Assembly: GCA_020632515.1 (NCBI GenBank)
Contig: JACKFK010000008.1
Location: 72,171-136,170 of the forward strand
Direction of reading: 5' to 3'
DNA length: 64,000 nucleotides
DNA from: Candidatus Omnitrophota bacterium
GTDB taxonomy: Bacteria > Omnitrophota > Gorgyraeia > Zapsychrales > Zapsychraceae
Shown: piece after piece, positions 15,629 to 24,165 of the stretch
Position numbering within the stretch: position 1 is the first letter of the stretch
Layout: every line of letters begins with the position of its first letter
Position numbers and translations under genes: made by a program
Notes under the pieces: model-generated
Told to the model about the DNA's origin: nothing
Databases searched by the model: none
The model's input: the letters and a program-made list of their open reading frames with translations, nothing else

Positions 15629-18094
15629 ATGAAGATTTTGTCCGGCAGGTTTAAAGGTTTTGATATGGAGTTTGGTCTTAAAAAGTCTTGTTTGTTTTTG
15701 TTTCTTTTATTTGCGGTAATAACTTTAAGCTACTCGCCTGTTTTAAAAGCTCAGTTTCTTAATTGGGATGATGATCTTCACATTTACGAGAATGTTTCCA
15801 TTCGGGAAATTAATTTAGATAATCTAAAGGTAATTTTCCAAAGTACCATCAATAAAATCTATTTACCTTTGACGGTTCTTAGTTTCGCGATTGAATATCA
15901 TTTTGCTAAGCTAAATCCCCTTATTTATCATTTAGATAATCTTTTCTTACATATCCTTAATACTTGGCTAGTTTTCTGTCTGTCCAGAAAATTAGGATTA
16001 TCCATACTGGCATCATATATCAGTATATTAATTTTTGGACTTCATCCTATACATGTTGAATCTGTGGCGTGGGTAACAGAGCGTAAAGATGTTCTTTATG
16101 CGTTTTTTTATTTGTTGGCAATGCTTAGTCATCTTAAATATATCGAAATATTGTCGGTAAAAAAGACGAATCGATTATTTTATTTTCTATTAACTATTTT
16201 TTTGGGAACGTTAAGTATACTTTCTAAGCCGATGGCCTTGAGCTTACCATTAATTCTGATGTTATTAGATTGGTTTCAGGGGCGAAAGATTAATTTTAAG
16301 ACCATAGGGGAGAAGCTTCCTTTAATGGCGATCATTTTTGGTATTACTTGGATTTCGTATGTCAGCCATGCCAGGGTGCCGAGCGCAACTATTCTTGAAG
16401 GCGTCTTGATTTGGTTTTGGTCGGCCGCCTTTTATATCCGACAGTTTTTTCTTCCTTTAATTTCAGTTCCGTTGTTTAAACTACCGTTACCAGTAGGGTT
16501 AAATCATCCTCAATATCTTTTTTCAATTGGCTTGATTTTATTTGTCTTGGTTTTTGTTTATCGTTTTCATTTTAATAAATGGATTTTATTTTCGTTTTTG
16601 TATTTCTTTTTGTCGATATTTTTTTTATTTCGGTTTGATGCGGGGTTTGATACTAATATGGTTGCTGATCGTTTTATGTATTTACCATGTTTGGGATTTT
16701 GCTGGTTGTTGGCATTGGGGGGTGAGAAAGCTTATTTGAATTCAGCAAAGGGAAGAAGATATTTAATATCAAGTCTTTTAATTGTCATACTTGGATTTTA
16801 TTGTGTTCGGACTTATCAACAAAGTCAAGTTTGGCAAAATAGTGTTAATTTATGGACTCATCAATTAAAGATTTATCCTCAAAGTCATACTGGATTAAAC
16901 GGGTTGGCCAATGCGTTAAGTGAAGATTCTCTTTATATTGAAGCAAAACAGAATTATGCTCGGATGGTTAAATTAGAGAATGAAGGTCTGAAGCCAGATT
17001 TAAATGAAGAATTTAAAAAGCAAGTTGAAAAATTTCAGTATTTAGAGGAGTTATATAAAAGAACGATTGAAATCAAGCCTGACTTTTTCCGCGCGTATTA
17101 TAATCTCGGGCATCTCTATTTTGATGTTGGTATGTATAAGGAAGCTTTTAATGCGTATCTAGAGACAATTAAGATTAATCCTGAATTTCACGAAGCGCAT
17201 TTTAGTTTGGGGAAACTATATGAAGAGTTAGGTGACGCGTCGCAAGCGGTGACGGCCTTCTCAAGATCTGTTGATGTTGTTTCAAAAGAGAAATATAAAG
17301 ATCATTTAATGAGTGTATTAGAAAATTATAATGAAGCTATTCGTAAATATCCAAATAGTAAAGAATATTTAGTGGCCCGAGGAGAAGTATTTAACAAATA
17401 TGCGGATTTCGTTAATAAATCAAGGCAGAGTGCCACGGCTTATTTTAATTTGGCGGTTTTATTTTATCAAAATGGGGAACTGGATCGGGCTATGTCGGCG
17501 TATCAAATGGCATTAGAGATTGATCGCAGTCATACAGGATCTTTATATAATTTAGGCAATATTTATAAAGACATGCAGCGCTACAACGAAGCTGTAAATT
17601 ATTATAAACAAATTCTTAAGATTGATCCGGGTTTTTCTAACGCGTATCTTAATTTAGGTGTTATTTATTTAAGGCAAAATAATGAAAAGTCTGCCGAGGA
17701 GAATTTTTTAAAGGCGGTTGAGGTGGATGATCAGAATGCTCGAGCTTATTTTAACTTAGCGTCTATGGCTGATGTTCAAGCGCGGTATCATGACGCAATC
17801 GCATTATATCAAAAAGTAAATGAATTGGATCCTCAAAACGCGGATGCTTATTACAATTTGGGAAATATTTTTGTAAAAACAGGTAAGCGGAAAGAGTCTA
17901 TTAATGCTTATTTGAATGCGGTAAAGATTGATCAAAACTATCTTGATGCTTGGATTAATTTGTCAATCATGTCTTTTGAAATTAAAGATTTTTCAAAGGC
18001 GGTTGAGTATTTGGATGAGGCTGTTTTTTTAGGGTATGAACCACCAACTAAGTATTTGGAAGCGTTAAAGCCTTATATAGAGGAAGAAAAGTAA
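15629..18094 (+). CDS. TMTC/PMT-like membrane glycosyltransferase (GT-C fold) with C-terminal TPR repeats
   Basis: About 400 aa of polytopic membrane domain (YHLDNLFLHILNTWLVF..HPIHVESVAWVTERKDV), then at least 8 TPR units (AYYNLGHLY, AHFSLGKLY, SLYNLGNIY, AYLNLGVIY, AYYNLGNIF). Alternative start ATG 15665. Confidence 0.8.
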   Translation: MKILSGRFKGFDMEFGLKKSCLFLFLLFAVITLSYSPVLKAQFLNWDDDLHIYENVSIREINLDNLKVIFQSTINKIYLPLTVLSFAIEYHFAKLNPLIYHLDNLFLHILNTWLVFCLSRKLGLSILASYISILIFGLHPIHVESVAWVTERKDVLYAFFYLLAMLSHLKYIEILSVKKTNRLFYFLLTIFLGTLSILSKPMALSLPLILMLLDWFQGRKINFKTIGEKLPLMAIIFGITWISYVSHARVPSATILEGVLIWFWSAAFYIRQFFLPLISVPLFKLPLPVGLNHPQYLFSIGLILFVLVFVYRFHFNKWILFSFLYFFLSIFFLFRFDAGFDTNMVADRFMYLPCLGFCWLLALGGEKAYLNSAKGRRYLISSLLIVILGFYCVRTYQQSQVWQNSVNLWTHQLKIYPQSHTGLNGLANALSEDSLYIEAKQNYARMVKLENEGLKPDLNEEFKKQVEKFQYLEELYKRTIEIKPDFFRAYYNLGHLYFDVGMYKEAFNAYLETIKINPEFHEAHFSLGKLYEELGDASQAVTAFSRSVDVVSKEKYKDHLMSVLENYNEAIRKYPNSKEYLVARGEVFNKYADFVNKSRQSATAYFNLAVLFYQNGELDRAMSAYQMALEIDRSHTGSLYNLGNIYKDMQRYNEAVNYYKQILKIDPGFSNAYLNLGVIYLRQNNEKSAEENFLKAVEVDDQNARAYFNLASMADVQARYHDAIALYQKVNELDPQNADAYYNLGNIFVKTGKRKESINAYLNAVKIDQNYLDAWINLSIMSFEIKDFSKAVEYLDEAVFLGYEPPTKYLEALKPYIEEEK

Positions 18095-18115
18095 GTAGAG
18101 GGTTTAATAAATTTT

Positions 18116-18190
18116 GCGCCTATAGCTCAGATGGATAGAGCACGGCCCTCCTAAGGCCGGTTAGGGCACGTTCGAGTCGTGCTAGGCGCA
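18116..18190 (+). tRNA. tRNA-Arg (anticodon CCT)
   Basis: Cloverleaf read by eye: acceptor GCGCCTA/TAGGCGC, D arm GCTC/GAGC, anticodon arm CGGCC-CTCCTAA-GGCCG, T arm GCACG-TTCGAGT-CGTGC. CCA is not encoded. Confidence 0.9.
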
Positions 18191-18494
18191 TTGATTCTTA
18201 ATGAGCATTTAATTTATGCGACCGAAGGGAGCGTAAATTAGAAATGCGAATTAACCCCGGAAATTACATAGTAATTTATCGGGAGTGCAGTAGGTAGAAT
18301 ATTGTCAGTATTTGTGTGGTTAAGATAAAGCAAGTTATAGCATTAAGATTTAATATTTTCTTAAGTGATTAAATATATCAAATCATTAGAGTTTAGATTT
18401 TACAAAAAAATTGCCTAAAGTTCACAAAGTAAATTAAGTATATTCTTTGTGTGAGTTTAGGAGCGTTGAGCAGTGAAAAAAAATCGAAAAAATA

Positions 18495-18523
18495 TTGACA
18501 CTAAAAAAATTCTATGTGAAAAT
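18495..18523 (+). promoter_or_regulatory. sigma70-type promoter with extended -10 upstream of the porin gene (TTGACA-17 nt-TGtGAAAAT)
   Basis: Consensus TTGACA at 18495-18500, 17-nt spacer ending in TGt, and GAAAAT at 18518-18523. Predicts a leader of about 185 nt. Confidence 0.5.
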
Positions 18524-18713
18524 AGCTACACTTATTATCCACCCAGTGATGATTTTAATTGGACCTGGAAAGGGGGTGTTATCTTTAGCTGGTCGGGAAT
18601 CATCAAATAGAAAGGGTCTATGGTCGTAATAATCTAGGCCATGAAGTACCTAGTTATAAATATATATTAATTAAGAAATTCAATTTTCTTAATTAACTTT
18701 TTGGAGGAGAAAA

Positions 18714-20165
18714 ATGAGAAAGTTTCTACTGTTAGCAGTATTGATGGTAGCCGTTACGGCAGTGCCAGCATCTGCTAGTGTTCAAAACATCAAAATCAGC
18801 GGAAGTATTGACAATACTTTCATCCACAGAAACAATTTTGATTTTGGATTATCTACAAGAGGTGATTCAATTCAAAATCTTTTCGTCACGCAAACAACTT
18901 TGCAAGTGGATGCTGATTTAACAGAAAATGTTTCAGCTACGGTTGGTCTTATTAATGAAAGAGACTGGCGAGCTGATGCAGGTGCGCCAACAGAAGGTGA
19001 TTCTAATGTGGATCTTTATCTGGCTTATGTCACATTAAGAGAAATGTTATATTCACCAATGACTGTTGTTGTTGGTCGTCAACTTTTTAGCTATGGAAAT
19101 AGCTTAATTGTTGATGCTACAGGTACGAACAATTTATCACCAACGGATTCAGCTTTAGTTGGCGTTGCTAAAGACTTAACAAAGCAAACAAGCCAAGATG
19201 CAATCCGTTTAATTTTTGATTATAATCCTCTAACTGTAGAGTTATTGTATTCAAAAATTAATCCTAACACAGGCGCTGCAGCAGCTGAAGACAAAGATGA
19301 TCATGACTTATATGGTATTAATACAACATATGAATTAGGTGATGATCTTAACACAGTTGTCGAAGCTTACTTCTTTGCCAGCTACAATAAAGTAACAGAA
19401 GGTAATGCTACTGGACCAGCTGTTGGTAAAGTTGACACCATTTATACTCCTGGTGTTCGCGCAAGTGTGAATATTCTTGAAGGGTTAAATCTTCAAGCCG
19501 AATTCGCGCATCAAAGTGGTACAAAGGCAAATTCAGGTACTGCTGGAGACCAGCAAAGCAGAAATGCGAATGCGGCTCAGTTTATAGCGAATTATTCTTT
19601 ACCGGATTCAATTCTGCCACAAGCAGTTGCAGAAATGGAACCTGTTGCTAATTATACGTTCACTTATGTTTCAGGTGATCATGATAAAAATGCAGTTGAT
19701 GGGAGTGCAACAAAAATATCTCCTGAAAACTACACAGCTTGGGATCCTTTATATGAAGCCCAAGGAGCAGGAACAATCTACAATTCATTATTTGACTTAA
19801 CAAACTTGTTTATCCATTCCGTTTCTCTACAAGTTAAACCAATGGAAGACATTACTACTAAATTAAGCTGGCATGGACTTTGGTTAGACAAAGAAGTTCC
19901 TGGGGCAATAGGAACAACAGCTTATAGTTTGTTACGAAATCCAACAACAACTGCTGGTCTTACTGGTGGTTTTCAATCAGGTATTTCTCTTGAAGGTGGA
20001 GAGAGTTATCTTGGATACGAAGTTGATTGGGAAACTACTTATGATTACACAGAAGATGTTCAGTTCGGTGTTAATCTAGGTGTTTTTAATCCAGGCGATG
20101 TGTTTACTGGAACCAATAGCGATGCAGCGACACAAGCCATCGTTCATGGAAATGTAATCTTCTAA
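18714..20165 (+). CDS. outer-membrane beta-barrel porin-like protein
   Basis: Strong SD (GGAGGA), signal peptide MRKFLLLAVLMVAVTAVPASA, alternating beta-strand-like composition rich in G/T/N/Y, and a C-terminal ...VHGNVIF ending in Phe as in OMPs. Confidence 0.7.
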   Translation: MRKFLLLAVLMVAVTAVPASASVQNIKISGSIDNTFIHRNNFDFGLSTRGDSIQNLFVTQTTLQVDADLTENVSATVGLINERDWRADAGAPTEGDSNVDLYLAYVTLREMLYSPMTVVVGRQLFSYGNSLIVDATGTNNLSPTDSALVGVAKDLTKQTSQDAIRLIFDYNPLTVELLYSKINPNTGAAAAEDKDDHDLYGINTTYELGDDLNTVVEAYFFASYNKVTEGNATGPAVGKVDTIYTPGVRASVNILEGLNLQAEFAHQSGTKANSGTAGDQQSRNANAAQFIANYSLPDSILPQAVAEMEPVANYTFTYVSGDHDKNAVDGSATKISPENYTAWDPLYEAQGAGTIYNSLFDLTNLFIHSVSLQVKPMEDITTKLSWHGLWLDKEVPGAIGTTAYSLLRNPTTTAGLTGGFQSGISLEGGESYLGYEVDWETTYDYTEDVQFGVNLGVFNPGDVFTGTNSDAATQAIVHGNVIF

Positions 20166-20196
20166 ACATTAGAAGGTTGATATAGTAATACTGTTA

Positions 20197-20229
20197 GCCC
20201 CCTGCATATTTTATGCAGGGGGCTTTTTA
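20197..20229 (+). terminator. Rho-independent terminator after the porin gene
   Basis: GCCCCCTGCATA / TATGCAGGGGGC 12-bp stem with a 3-nt loop, followed by TTTTT. Confidence 0.85.
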
Positions 20230-20425
20230 TTTGTTTGTAATTAATTATTTCGCAACCTCTATAAAATTATTTTTACTATAAAAATATATTTTCTCGTCGT
20301 AGATATTTATTTTGTTTTAAATAAAAAAAGTGAAATAACATTTCCAAAAAAAAATATATTTGTTAATATAAAAAATAAGAAGATAAGTATCTAACTTAAT
20401 AACTGATAACAGTTTCAGAGAAAAT

Positions 20426-21001
20426 ATGACACGCGACGATATCTACGATCATTTAGCTCAAGTTTATTTGGGTAAACGTAAAAAAAGTGATACCAGAAAA
20501 AAGAAACAATATAATACCTGGTTGGTAATTAATATTGTTATTACTGTTATGATTTTCTTTTCAGCTTTTTATGGCTTGACTGCTTCCTTGACGAGAAAAG
20601 GTTCGACACTTCAAGATAATATTATTTATGCGCTTCATAATGGTTCGATTCGAATGGAATATAATTTTAGAGATTCATATACACCAACCCAATCGTTTGT
20701 TCTAGCCATTCCCGATATTAATGCACAGAAATATAAGAAGATTGAGTTTTCTATTCGAAGCAAAGAAGAAGGTTCTCCAGGAAATGTTAAGGTTGAATTC
20801 AAGAATAATAAAAATGAAATCGCTTTTTATTATATTCAAGACGTGGGATTGGAATGGCGAAAATATAGTATCCCTTTAAATGAATTCAAGAATATTACGG
20901 ACTGGTCGCAGATGAATGATATTTCTTTTATATTAGAGTCGTGGAATGTCAAACAAAAAAAAGGTGTTATTTTAATTGATGACGTTCACTTTTCAGGGTA
21001 A
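20426..21001 (+). CDS. hypothetical single-pass membrane protein with extracytoplasmic beta-sandwich (CBM-like) domain
   Basis: Basic N-terminus, one TM helix (WLVINIVITVMIFFSAFYGL), then about 130 aa of beta-rich sequence ending ...GVILIDDVHFSG, reminiscent of carbohydrate-binding/CIA30-type sandwiches. The family is not certain. Confidence 0.5.
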   Translation: MTRDDIYDHLAQVYLGKRKKSDTRKKKQYNTWLVINIVITVMIFFSAFYGLTASLTRKGSTLQDNIIYALHNGSIRMEYNFRDSYTPTQSFVLAIPDINAQKYKKIEFSIRSKEEGSPGNVKVEFKNNKNEIAFYYIQDVGLEWRKYSIPLNEFKNITDWSQMNDISFILESWNVKQKKGVILIDDVHFSG

Positions 21002-21073
21002 AACAATTAATAAATTAAATTCAATCATTTTTATAACTTTACAAAAATATCTATAACAAGGGGGCAAATGTAA

Positions 21074-22444
21074 ATGAAAATCATATCAATCGCTAATCAA
21101 AAAGGTGGATGTGGAAAAACAACGACCGCAATAAATTTAGCATCAGCATTAAGTTTAAACGGTAAACGTGTTTTACTTTTTGATTTAGATCCGCAAGCGC
21201 ATGCCTCATTAGGATTAGATATTGAAAGCCAGGATAGCATTTATAATGTCATTTCCAGATTAACTCCGAGAAAATTGAAATTAGAAAATATTATTAAGAA
21301 GGTTGAGAATTCATTTGATATCGTTCCTTCTAATATTCTAGTAGGAACATTAGAGCAAGAACTTTCCGACGAGATTGGTCGGGAGTTAAAGTTAATGGAA
21401 GTCATTAAACCTATACGTGATCAATATGACTATGTTCTTATTGATTGTCCGCCAAGTTTAGGGATTTTGACAATTAATGCTATTCGTGTTAGTGAGCAAT
21501 TAATTATCCCTGTTGAGACAAGCCGTTTTTCTATGCAGGGGGTAGAGCATTTAATGGATATCGTGCATCTTGTGAAGGAACGGTTAAATCATTCAGTGGA
21601 TTGCCGTATTTTGGTAACTATGTTTGATTCGAGGTTGCGACATTCTTTTGCGATGTTATCTACTTTTAAAGAAAGATTTAATAAGTTATTGTTTGATACA
21701 ATTGTGCATATCAATGTCAAATTAAAAGAGTCTGCGGTAATGGGAAAGCCAGTAGCGTTTTATGATAAATATTGCCGAGGATCAAAAGATTATTATACTT
21801 TAGCTAAAGAATTAATTTTCGAAGATAAACAAACAGGTGCTATTGATGAGGTTAAGCAACAAGTTAAGAAACAGCCTGAAATTAAGGTAGAAAAAATAAA
21901 AGAAAAGAAGGAAAAAATCGAAGAGCCTGTTGTTGCTAAAGAACCTGAACTTGAGAAAACTTCTTGGAAAAATCGATTGGAAGAAGAAATTCTTGATGTT
22001 CAAGAAGATGCGCAGGAAATAAAACTGGAATCAAAATCTGACGCAAAAGAACAAGTAAAAGAAGAAGTGGTTGACGAAGTTGAGCAAGAAGAAACTGCTG
22101 CTGAAGAACAAAAACCGGTAGAGGCAACTTTTCAACCGTTGTCATCACGAATGAAAGAATTGGTTCGTGAAGAAGCAAAAGACTTCTTCCGTGCTAAATT
22201 TTCTATCGAAGCGCCAGGAGCGAAATCTGTTTATGTCACGGGTAGTTTTAATGATTGGTCTTTGGATGATAATTGCCGTCTGAAAAATAAGGGTGATGGT
22301 AATTGGGAAACTGAGATCGATCTTAAACCTGGTGTATATAAATATCAGTTTATCGTCGATGGAGTTTGGAAAGAAGATCCAAAAAATCCGCAAAAAGAAC
22401 GAAATTCTTTTGGTGACATCAATTCCCTCATTGAGGTAAAATGA
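21074..22444 (+). CDS. ParA/MinD-family ATPase fused via an E/K-rich linker to an AMPK-beta/CBM48-like glycogen-binding domain
   Basis: Deviant Walker A NQKGGCGKTTTAINLA, DLDPQAHAS, Walker B YVLIDCPPSLG. Low-complexity linker at residues ~255-365. The C-terminus VYVTGSFNDWS..GNWETEIDLKPGVYKYQFIVDGVWKEDPKNP..GDINSLIEV aligns with the AMPK beta CBM. Confidence 0.85.
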   Translation: MKIISIANQKGGCGKTTTAINLASALSLNGKRVLLFDLDPQAHASLGLDIESQDSIYNVISRLTPRKLKLENIIKKVENSFDIVPSNILVGTLEQELSDEIGRELKLMEVIKPIRDQYDYVLIDCPPSLGILTINAIRVSEQLIIPVETSRFSMQGVEHLMDIVHLVKERLNHSVDCRILVTMFDSRLRHSFAMLSTFKERFNKLLFDTIVHINVKLKESAVMGKPVAFYDKYCRGSKDYYTLAKELIFEDKQTGAIDEVKQQVKKQPEIKVEKIKEKKEKIEEPVVAKEPELEKTSWKNRLEEEILDVQEDAQEIKLESKSDAKEQVKEEVVDEVEQEETAAEEQKPVEATFQPLSSRMKELVREEAKDFFRAKFSIEAPGAKSVYVTGSFNDWSLDDNCRLKNKGDGNWETEIDLKPGVYKYQFIVDGVWKEDPKNPQKERNSFGDINSLIEVK

Positions 22445-22767
22445 TGAACGCCTCCAGTGAGGATAGTGATATTATCCTCGATGGGAAAATATATGCGGTA
22501 ATCGCATATTTATCTTTCTTCTGTTTTATTCCTTTAATATTTAAACGCGATAATCCATTTGTTTTGTTTCATGGTAAACAAGGACTAGTGCTCTTTCTTG
22601 GGCAGTTAGTTTTTTGTGTTTTTGGTATTGTCTTCGGGCTCGGTTTTATCAAATTTGGTTTTTTTGTGTTAGGTGTATTGGCACTATTTGGGATTTTTTC
22701 TGCGCTAAATGGAAAATATAGCCCGATTATTATAATTTCAGAGCTTACCAAGCAGATTCATCTTTAA
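22441..22767 (+). CDS. DUF4870-like small membrane protein
   Basis: AVIAYLSFFCFIPLIFKRDNPFVLFHGKQGLVLFLGQLV pattern with 3 predicted TM helices. Its start overlaps the parA-like stop (ATGA). Confidence 0.6.
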   Translation: MMNASSEDSDIILDGKIYAVIAYLSFFCFIPLIFKRDNPFVLFHGKQGLVLFLGQLVFCVFGIVFGLGFIKFGFFVLGVLALFGIFSALNGKYSPIIIISELTKQIHL

Positions 22768-23304
22768 GTGATTATGTCCATTCTTGATCAAATTCTTAAT
22801 GGTTTTAAGGAGATTTTTAAAGGAAAGCAGCGTCGGAAGAAATCTCGTAAGAAAAAAAAGGCGTCTACAGCTAAAAATGTTTCTAGAAGAGGTAATCCAA
22901 AACCAAAGGGAATAAAAAGTACAAAGAAATCAGTTGCTGTTAAAAAGAAAAAGAAGACAGCGGAACCTGCGCGAAAGAAGAATGTTAAAGCTAAGAGTCC
23001 TGTTAAAAAGAAAAAAACTGCTTTAAAAAACATTTCAAGTCAATCAAAACATGAGCAGATTGTTGGGGAGATAACACACTATTTTTCTAAAATTCAGGTT
23101 GTGGTTATTAAGATTACAAAAGGCGGCATAAAGGTTGGCGATAAGTTGTTAATTAAAGGCGCCCGGAGTGCATTTGTGCAAAAAATTAGCTCTTTGCAGA
23201 TAGAATCAGTTGATGTAAAATCGGCAAAGTCAGGGCAAATAGTTGGAATGAAGGTCAATAATATTGCTTATCCGGGAGATAATGTGTATTTATTAAAGAA
23301 ATGA
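22768..23304 (+). CDS. Lys-rich disordered N-terminal region + EF-Tu domain-2-like beta-barrel protein
   Basis: Residues ~17-95 are about half Lys/Arg (KQRRKKSRKKKK..VKKKKKT..VKKKKT). The C-terminal ~85 aa (GEITHYFSKIQVVVIKIT.GGIKVGDKLLIKG....IESVDVKSAKSGQIVGMKV) resembles translation-factor domain II barrels. Start is GTG 22768 or ATG 22774. Confidence 0.6.
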   Translation: MIMSILDQILNGFKEIFKGKQRRKKSRKKKKASTAKNVSRRGNPKPKGIKSTKKSVAVKKKKKTAEPARKKNVKAKSPVKKKKTALKNISSQSKHEQIVGEITHYFSKIQVVVIKITKGGIKVGDKLLIKGARSAFVQKISSLQIESVDVKSAKSGQIVGMKVNNIAYPGDNVYLLKK

Positions 23305-23316
23305 GAATGGTTATAT

Positions 23317-23733
23317 ATGAATAAAGAATTTAATGATAATGAACTGAATTTAATCCGTCGATATTTGGTGTGGTGTTATAAAACGACAAAAGAGGATTTG
23401 GATAGAATTGATCGGTATTTTACTCAATTTACTGTTGATTCTCATTTGTTGGAATCTTTAAAAAAAGAAAAAGTGTTTAAATCAGATATGAAGTATAAAG
23501 ATGCGGTGAAGCAATTTGAACAATATATGCATGAGAAAATTGATAAAGCTAGGCAAAAGAAGTTTGTAGATAATAAGGAAGAACTAAATACAGAGTATGT
23601 TTATTTGCAAAACCGAATGGTGGCGATTGAGAATACGATTAGTAAATTATTGGGAGAGGAAATGTTAAAAGAGATTGTGCGATTATATGAAGAAGAAATG
23701 ACAGTTAGAATTTTACAGGCGAGGGAACATTGA
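23317..23733 (+). CDS. hypothetical helical protein
   Basis: 138-aa ORF beginning 12 nt after the previous stop. Predicted all-helical and charged. No family recognised. Confidence 0.5.
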   Translation: MNKEFNDNELNLIRRYLVWCYKTTKEDLDRIDRYFTQFTVDSHLLESLKKEKVFKSDMKYKDAVKQFEQYMHEKIDKARQKKFVDNKEELNTEYVYLQNRMVAIENTISKLLGEEMLKEIVRLYEEEMTVRILQAREH

Positions 23734-23737
23734 TTTT

Positions 23738-24025
23738 TCAATAACGGCGTTGTAAGTCGCGTAATCTTTGTTGTTGTATTCTTTGTTGATTTCGATAATC
23801 GCGCATTTTTTGTTCGTTTTCTCTTTTTTGTTGTTTTAATTCGCGGGCTGTTTCAGTTTGGAGTTGTTCGGCTTTTTTTAACGTCGATGTTGAATCAATA
23901 CTGTCAATATTGGATGTCTTTGCGAATGACCGTTTAAACATTGTAGTGACGCCCAGGAAAATGGCGGCGCTGGCCAGAATCCCTGCAATAAAAAGAATGA
24001 TGACATCGAAATCAAATTTTTTCAT
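23738..24025 (-). CDS. hypothetical small membrane-anchored protein with Q/R-rich coiled-coil tail
   Basis: 95 aa. N-terminal TM helix (VIILFIAGILASAAIFLGV), then a Q/R/E-rich helix ending RLRDLQRRY. Convergent with the upstream gene. Confidence 0.5.
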   Translation of the reverse strand: MKKFDFDVIILFIAGILASAAIFLGVTTMFKRSFAKTSNIDSIDSTSTLKKAEQLQTETARELKQQKRENEQKMRDYRNQQRIQQQRLRDLQRRY

Positions 24026-24085
24026 GTTGATTCAAGTATAGTCGTAAAGGGCTTTGACTTCAAGATTCTTTTTTCTTAGGTGTAT

Positions 24086-24114
24086 TTGGTATTTATTTAA
24101 TTAATTGGTATAAT
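24086..24114 (+). promoter_or_regulatory. sigma70-type promoter with extended -10 (TTGGTA-17 nt-TGgTATAAT)
   Basis: TTGGTA at 24086-24091, 17-nt spacer ending TGg, consensus TATAAT at 24109-24114. Lies about 50 nt upstream of the ATG at 24166. Confidence 0.5.
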
Positions 24115-24165
24115 ACGTTATAAAATTTTTTAGTATAAATTATTTTTTAGAAAAGAGGGATAAAA

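Noticed and set aside
21812-22393. Three overlapping minus-strand ORFs (63-82 aa) opposite the ParA linker/CBM region, and an 81-aa F-rich ORF at 22788-23033 opposite the Lys-rich gene
   Set aside because: They are products of low-complexity GAA/AAG-rich coding sequence read in reverse (poly-F/L). There is no independent support.
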